DNA of 53,113 bases from the NCBI GenBank assembly GCA_001563335.1, contig LRSL01000038.1, forward strand, positions 1 to 53,113. Reading direction: 5' to 3'. Each line of letters opens with the position of its first letter. The stretch's first letter is position 1. The notes under the pieces were generated by a model that was given only the letters and a program-made list of their open reading frames with translations, was not told the origin of the DNA and did no database searches. Made by a program: the position numbers and the translations under genes. Positions 47,673 through 53,113 of the stretch are shown here, piece by piece. The stretch comes from Candidatus Thorarchaeota archaeon SMTZ1-45. GTDB taxonomy: Archaea > Asgardarchaeota > Thorarchaeia > Thorarchaeales > Thorarchaeaceae.

Positions 47673-47950
47673 ACACTAGGTCCCACTTTCAGAGTCTTAA
47701 AACCTATTGCTTCCGGTCATCTAAACAATATAATCTATTTAACGAACTTTAAACGATTTTAAATGCCCAGAGTTTTTTCACTCTTTCAAACTATTTTATT
47801 TGCAATAATAGCATAAACTTCGTCTATTGGCCATTTCAATGGGTTCTGGACTGACCGATATGAATGATGAAGCAGAACGACAATGATAGGATTTTAATGC
47901 AGGTTCATTCAAGGTAACTCCACTTTAATAAAACAACGGACGGAAGCATA

Positions 47951-48442
47951 ATGGAGAAACTGCTACTTGTCGATATGGACAAATGCACAGGATGCAAGCA
48001 GTGTTCACTTGCATGCTCTCTTACAAAAGAAGATTTGTTTGATTCATCTAGAGGTCGAATTAAGATTCTAAAGAAAGAGGATATCGCACTAGGACTGCAA
48101 CTTCTATGTGAACAATGCGAGTCGCATCCCTGTATTGCATCTTGTCCAAACGGAGCCCTATCAAGAGATGATAAGACTGGAATAATCACAGTTGATGAGA
48201 AACTCTGTACATCACAAGGTGCTTGTGTTGATGCTTGTATATATCATGCTATTCGCTTACACCCTGAAATAAAACAACCAATGTTTTGTGATCTGTGTGG
48301 AGGTGACCCTTATTGTGTCAAGCACTGTGTTCCAGGGGCACTTCAATGGGTAAACGAATCTGATGATACGTCAAAGATGAAGAAGAAATTCCGCTCATCT
48401 AGAATGACCAAGTATAAAGAGCTCAAGAAGGAGGTTGCATAA
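47951..48442 (+). CDS. 4Fe-4S dicluster electron-transfer subunit
   Basis: CTGCKQCSLAC, CEQCESHPCIASCP and CDLCGGDPYCVKHC. Confidence 0.93.
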   Translation: MEKLLLVDMDKCTGCKQCSLACSLTKEDLFDSSRGRIKILKKEDIALGLQLLCEQCESHPCIASCPNGALSRDDKTGIITVDEKLCTSQGACVDACIYHAIRLHPEIKQPMFCDLCGGDPYCVKHCVPGALQWVNESDDTSKMKKKFRSSRMTKYKELKKEVA

Positions 48443-50362
48443 ATGTACGGACATCAAGGTAAGATATTACATGTTGATATTGGGACAGGCAAAACGTGGT
48501 TGGAGGATATTCCTGAAGAATGGCGCAGACTCTATGTTGGATCAAGAGGAATCAATGCAAAGATACTCTGGGATTATTGCAAAGATCCATCAATCACGTG
48601 GGATGATCCTAGAAATATCATCATCTTTGCACCGGGTGCTGTGACTGGAACAACCGCTCCTGCGTCAGGGCGTACTTCAGTCACAACTGTGGGATGTACA
48701 ACAGGATTATATCTGAAGAGCAATACTGGTGGTCATTGGGGAGCAGAACTCAAATTCGCAGGATATGATCATCTTGTCGTACATGGAGTTGCCAAAGAAC
48801 CAGTGTATATACTGATAGAGGATGACCATGTAGAAGTAAGAGATGCGAAGAAGCTTTGGGGCAAGGACATCATTCAAACTGATGCGCTGCTGAAAGAGTG
48901 GCATGGTGAAGACTCCAGAGGATTGTATATTGGACCCGCAGGTGAGCGACTTGTACGAGCAGCTTCGATTCAATGTTCGTTGTACCATGCTGCTGGCAGA
49001 GGTGGAGGAGCAGCTGTGATGGGCAAAAAGAAACTGAAGGCAATCTCTGTAAGGGGTACGAAACCCGTCCGTGTGAAAGACCCTAAGAAATTTGCTGAGG
49101 TTGCCCAAGAGATGCGTGAGTTACTCAGGAAAGACAGTGGAGCACAGTCACTGCATGAGTTTGGAACATCTGGTTCGATTGGTGCTGTGAATGAGCTTCA
49201 TGCTTTTCCAGGCAAAAATTGGCAGACAGGATACACAGAAAATGCTCATCCTATAACTGGTCAAGCTCTAAATGAGTTAGGCTATTTGAAACGACGTGTA
49301 GCATGTTTTGGATGTACAATAGGATGTCATCGATACTCCACCATTGAGAAGGGACCAAATGCTGGCATTGCAAGTGGAGGACCAGAGTATGAAACTTTTG
49401 GTGCACTTGGAAATGGTCCTGGAATAATAGATACCGAGGGTGTTCTGATTCTCAATGAAATCTGTAATCGATTGGGGCTTGATACAATTACTGCAGGCAC
49501 GGTCACTCAGTGGGCGATTGAAAGTTATCTTAGAGGAGTCCTCACAAAGGAGGACACTGATGGGCTTGAGTTAGATTGGGGCAAGCTGGAAGAGGTGAAG
49601 AAGACTGTTGAGAAACTTGCTCTTCGAGATGGAAACCTAGGCGACCTCCTTGGTGATGGGCTGAAAATCGCTACAAAGAAGGTTGGAAAAGATTCCTACA
49701 AATGGGCTATCATGAATGCCAAGGGACTTGAACAGTCTAACGTGGAAACAAGATCTGCTAAGGCGTATGCCCTTGCGTTTGCAGTGAATCCAAGAGGCAA
49801 TGACCATCTCATGACTGAAACCTTTGCGGAATTTGGTGCAAGTCCAGAAGCGATTGAGGTCATTGAAAAGGTCACTGGAGATAAGAAATGGGCATCGCCT
49901 CACTTTACCGAATATCGAGCCGAGATTGTTAGATGGCACGAAGATTGCTATGAAATAACTGAAGCATTAGGCTTCTGTGTTTTCACATCCACTGCAGCAT
50001 ATGGTGTAAACCCAGATAACATGGCACGACTCTATGCAGCTGCTACAGGAATCGAGATGTCAGAAGAAGAAATGATGCTAACAGGTCGACGCGTTTGTAC
50101 AATCGAGAAGGCATTCAATGTCACCCGAGGAGCTACACGAGAACATGATAACCTTCCATGGCGGCTTATGAATGAAGGCGCAGCGTCTGGGCCGCTGAAG
50201 GGTGAAAAGAACTCGCAAGAGGAACTAGATGGAATGCTTGATCGTTATTATGAGCTCCATGGATGGGACAAGAAGACAAGCTGGCCAACTCGCGAAACTC
50301 TTGAGATGTTGAATCTGAAGTTTGTTGCAGACTATCTAGAGGAACTTGGGAAACTTCCCTAG
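48443..50362 (+). CDS. aor: Tungsten aldehyde:ferredoxin oxidoreductase family
   Basis: GAELKFAGYD, IGPAGE, AGRGGGAAVMG.KKLKAI, CFGCTIGC, GPEYET, LGLDTI and YYELHGWD. Confidence 0.95.
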   Translation: MYGHQGKILHVDIGTGKTWLEDIPEEWRRLYVGSRGINAKILWDYCKDPSITWDDPRNIIIFAPGAVTGTTAPASGRTSVTTVGCTTGLYLKSNTGGHWGAELKFAGYDHLVVHGVAKEPVYILIEDDHVEVRDAKKLWGKDIIQTDALLKEWHGEDSRGLYIGPAGERLVRAASIQCSLYHAAGRGGGAAVMGKKKLKAISVRGTKPVRVKDPKKFAEVAQEMRELLRKDSGAQSLHEFGTSGSIGAVNELHAFPGKNWQTGYTENAHPITGQALNELGYLKRRVACFGCTIGCHRYSTIEKGPNAGIASGGPEYETFGALGNGPGIIDTEGVLILNEICNRLGLDTITAGTVTQWAIESYLRGVLTKEDTDGLELDWGKLEEVKKTVEKLALRDGNLGDLLGDGLKIATKKVGKDSYKWAIMNAKGLEQSNVETRSAKAYALAFAVNPRGNDHLMTETFAEFGASPEAIEVIEKVTGDKKWASPHFTEYRAEIVRWHEDCYEITEALGFCVFTSTAAYGVNPDNMARLYAAATGIEMSEEEMMLTGRRVCTIEKAFNVTRGATREHDNLPWRLMNEGAASGPLKGEKNSQEELDGMLDRYYELHGWDKKTSWPTRETLEMLNLKFVADYLEELGKLP

Positions 50363-50364
50363 CT

Positions 50365-50382
50365 GAGGGGTTTTAACCCCTC
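50365..50382 (+). terminator. Hairpin directly after aor
   Basis: GAGGGGT-TTTA-ACCCCTC followed by a pyrimidine-rich tract. Confidence 0.5.
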
Positions 50383-50404
50383 GTTTCTTCCATTTTGAAA
50401 GGAT

Positions 50405-51427
50405 TTGACGGAAATGAAAGGCTTCAAAGAACTAGGTGTTGCGATGACAGGAGTTTTTCCAGTCAGTGATGCAGTTGAACTAGCAAGGGTTGCTGAATCT
50501 TCAGGACTCGGATCAGCTTGGTTTGCGGAAGACTATTTCTTCCGAGGTGGTATTCCATATATAGCTGCTGCAGCCATGGCAACTAAGAGAATCAGGATAG
50601 GATTGGGTGTAGTTAATCCGTATTCTCGCCACCCAGCACTAATTGCTATGGAGTTTGCGACTCTCGATGAGCTTTCAAACATGAGGACTGTTTTCGGATT
50701 GGGTTCTGGTGTTCCATTCTGGATGGACCAGATGGGCATCTATGACTATAAACCATTGTCTAGGACACGGGCTTGTATTGACCTTGTGAGAAAAATAATG
50801 ACCGGTGATAATATCAATCACGAGGACAAATTTTTCAAAGCAAAAGATATCAAACTCGTCTTCAAACCAGTCCGAAAGAGTGCCCCGATTTATTTGGCAT
50901 TTGAAGGCCCGAAAGGTCTAGAGCTCTCAGGAGAGATTGGCGATGGAGTAATACTATCAATCTTCTGCACTCCATCCTACGTTAAGTTTGCTTGGGACTG
51001 TGTAGCAAAAGGAGCAAAGAAAGTTGAAAAACCATTAGATGACTATGAGATGGTAGCCTATATGCCAATGGTCATTGATGACGATCTTGATAATGCCCTC
51101 AATATTGCTCGTGAATTTTCTAAACTTTATCTGCCTCACTCTCAAGAAGGAGGTCCGCTTATGTCTCATGCGGGTGTAAAACCCGAGGACACACTTGCGA
51201 TGAGGAAGGCATCGGAGAAAGGCGATGACACTTTGTTGTCACAACTCATCACTGATGACATGTTGAAGGAACTCTGTCTTGTTGGCGACAAAGACTCTTG
51301 CATCAAGAGACTACAAAAAATGATTGACGCAGGTGCTAATACTATTGTCGCATTTCCAGTGCCTGGGACTGAACCTGTTGACAATGCAAAAATCCTTGGT
51401 ACTGATTTTACACACCAATTGAAGTAG
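50405..51427 (+). CDS. LLM-class (Mer-like, F420/FMN-dependent) oxidoreductase
   Basis: WFAED, TKRIRIGLGVVNPYSRHP, ATLDELS, PIYLAFEGPK and GEIGDG. Confidence 0.9.
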   Translation: MTEMKGFKELGVAMTGVFPVSDAVELARVAESSGLGSAWFAEDYFFRGGIPYIAAAAMATKRIRIGLGVVNPYSRHPALIAMEFATLDELSNMRTVFGLGSGVPFWMDQMGIYDYKPLSRTRACIDLVRKIMTGDNINHEDKFFKAKDIKLVFKPVRKSAPIYLAFEGPKGLELSGEIGDGVILSIFCTPSYVKFAWDCVAKGAKKVEKPLDDYEMVAYMPMVIDDDLDNALNIAREFSKLYLPHSQEGGPLMSHAGVKPEDTLAMRKASEKGDDTLLSQLITDDMLKELCLVGDKDSCIKRLQKMIDAGANTIVAFPVPGTEPVDNAKILGTDFTHQLK

Positions 51428-51441
51428 AAGGATTTGAGTAA

Positions 51442-52695
51442 ATGGCCAAACCAGTAGAGCAATTCTGTCTAGATGTAGATGGAACACCGGATCTCACACC
51501 TGATATTAGAAGAAGAAACAGAATTGTAGGATATATCACGTCTTTTCTTACAGTCTTCACACTCGGAACCACTGAAATCTTCGCATCTTGGTATTCCACA
51601 AGAATGGGTGGAACTCCACTAGAGTCTGGATTAGCTTTTGGAATTTTTGGACTCGTCTATATGTTCTCACCAGCAATCGGTGGTCGCTTATCAGATAATA
51701 TAGGAAGAAAGAAGACTCTACTTCTCTCTACCGGGGGATATATCATTGTTATAGTACTCTACCTTATGCCATTTGTAGGTCCATGGCAACTCATTGCAAT
51801 TAGAGCGATCGAGGGGTTTGTTTTTGGATTTGTTGCACCTACAATAGAAGGAATGGTGAGTGAACTCGAAACAGAGTCTGAAGTGGCTACATTAGGAAAC
51901 TTTTCAACGTCGTGGAGTGCATCCATGATCTTACCTCCGATGGTGATAGCGTATCTATCAGGCATATACGGAGACACCTCAGGAATCTTCGTGGTACTAG
52001 GAGTAGAGTTTCTGGCTTTGATGATTGTTGCAGTGTTTCTTCAAGGATATAGAAGAAAACCAATGACTTCATCTTCAAATGTTGGAATTCTTCCTGACCA
52101 TGCAACCGGCCAGGTAGGAAAGGTGAGTAAAAGTTCCCCACTATTTGTTGCATCATATCTGTCAGTAATGTTGTGGGGTGTTGTTTCGACAATAATCTTA
52201 GGCCTTTTTCCATCGTACATTGAAATACTCGAAGATTTGGGATATCCATTCGTAATAGAGGATTTCGGAAACCTACTTCTAATCTGGAACCTAGCACGAA
52301 CAGTGACATTCATCATAATTGCTAGACTATCAGGAGAACACATGAAATGGGCAATAATTGCAGGAGCGATACTATCTGCTCTGTCTGGTTTTATGTTGTT
52401 CCTATTCATCGACATTTGGATCTTCACAATCGCTATGGTCCTTTCTGGAATAGCAGTTGGTTTCTGCTACCTTGGTGCGCTTTATCTGGTCGTATCAGCT
52501 ACCGATATTGAGAAGGGAGCTCATGCTGGACTTGTCGAGAGCATGGGAGGAGTGGGTTTGTTCCTAGGACCTATTGCTGGTGGATGGGTAATGGAAATTG
52601 GATTAGCACTTCCATACTTCATGTTTGCAGTACTTGCACTTGTTGTTCTGATTCTGATTCTCCTACTATTAAAAAGGGACAATAATATGGACTAG
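51442..52695 (+). CDS. MFS transporter
   Basis: Motif A GRLSDNIGRK; 12 TM; LGPIAGG. Confidence 0.92.
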   Translation: MAKPVEQFCLDVDGTPDLTPDIRRRNRIVGYITSFLTVFTLGTTEIFASWYSTRMGGTPLESGLAFGIFGLVYMFSPAIGGRLSDNIGRKKTLLLSTGGYIIVIVLYLMPFVGPWQLIAIRAIEGFVFGFVAPTIEGMVSELETESEVATLGNFSTSWSASMILPPMVIAYLSGIYGDTSGIFVVLGVEFLALMIVAVFLQGYRRKPMTSSSNVGILPDHATGQVGKVSKSSPLFVASYLSVMLWGVVSTIILGLFPSYIEILEDLGYPFVIEDFGNLLLIWNLARTVTFIIIARLSGEHMKWAIIAGAILSALSGFMLFLFIDIWIFTIAMVLSGIAVGFCYLGALYLVVSATDIEKGAHAGLVESMGGVGLFLGPIAGGWVMEIGLALPYFMFAVLALVVLILILLLLKRDNNMD

Positions 52696-52699
52696 AACA

Positions 52700-53113
52700 C
52701 TATTCTTGCATCAGGATGTCATCAAAGGCTCCTTTTAGACAGGGAGCCTCATTGATTTTTTTCTTTGGTGGAAATGGATATGCCATCCTACTATGAGTCA
52801 GTCCAGACTCAACGAGCATGAAAGCAGTCTTAATGGCTACAACCCATGGATCGATAACAGGGACACTTAGCTTTTTCATGATTGGTTTGAGATCTACCTC
52901 ATGGGATAATGCTGTACATCCGAGTACAATGACGTCTGCCCCCTGAGTTTTAATCAGTTCTTGACCCTCATTAAGAATCTCCTCTTGGGCTTTCTCGGGA
53001 TTCTTCGCGATATCAAGAACAGGCATTTTCAGATAACGAACACCAGCACAAAAGGACTCAAGCCCCTCTTTTCTAATACCATGTTCAATACATTTCTTCA
53101 ATGCTTCACCTTG
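52700..53113 (-). CDS. Asp/Glu/hydantoin racemase family (partial; 5' end outside the window)
   Basis: GADVIVLGCT, VPVIDP and GLTHS..AYP; frame stays open to the window edge. Confidence 0.85.
   Translation of the reverse strand, partial: QGEALKKCIEHGIRKEGLESFCAGVRYLKMPVLDIAKNPEKAQEEILNEGQELIKTQGADVIVLGCTALSHEVDLKPIMKKLSVPVIDPWVVAIKTAFMLVESGLTHSRMAYPFPPKKKINEAPCLKGAFDDILMQE

Noticed and set aside
47951-50362. Selenocysteine or pyrrolysine recoding in the redox genes
   Set aside because: ORFs are full length with no in-frame TGA/TAG interruptions.
1-53113. CRISPR array, tRNA/rRNA, IS elements, integrase or att sites
   Set aside because: No spaced direct repeats, tRNA-like T-arm/cloverleaf, or transposase/recombinase motifs seen by eye. 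Dedicated scans would be needed to fully exclude them.

Overview
Gene-dense archaeal chromosomal segment of about 50 CDS. It is most likely from an Asgard archaeon (Thorarchaeota-like). This is an inference from the archaeal TFB genes, tungsten AOR, two roadblock/LC7 proteins, a Ras-like protein and GGAGG/GGTGA ribosome-binding motifs. No rRNA, tRNA, CRISPR array, integrase or transposase was recognised. Recognisable genes: cysS, a LarA-family racemase, a Feo iron-uptake operon (FeoA, naturally split FeoB, FeoC-like, DtxR) with two DtxR-type boxes, two tandem TFB paralogs, a GH3 amido synthetase, glmS, a RimK-like ligase, ABC/DMT/MFS transporters, dodecin, AlkA, a DegT aminotransferase and an AOR-LLM-MFS cluster. 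Best leads: (1) a five-gene uncharacterised block at 13.3-19.3 kb built around two ~655-aa paralogs with a novel N-terminal half and tandem Lrp/AsnC-like modules; (2) a prodomain-less, membrane-anchored subtilase resembling eukaryotic site-1 protease, head-to-head with a CPBP/Rce1-type intramembrane protease; (3) a degenerate Ras-like protein ending in CGCA; (4) a Vps62/NPP1-like protein; (5) a cytoplasmic gingipain-like protease; (6) a DMT transporter fused to a RAM domain beside a stand-alone RAM protein; (7) recurrent bacterial-style terminator hairpins. All family calls come from motif recognition by eye, with no database search.
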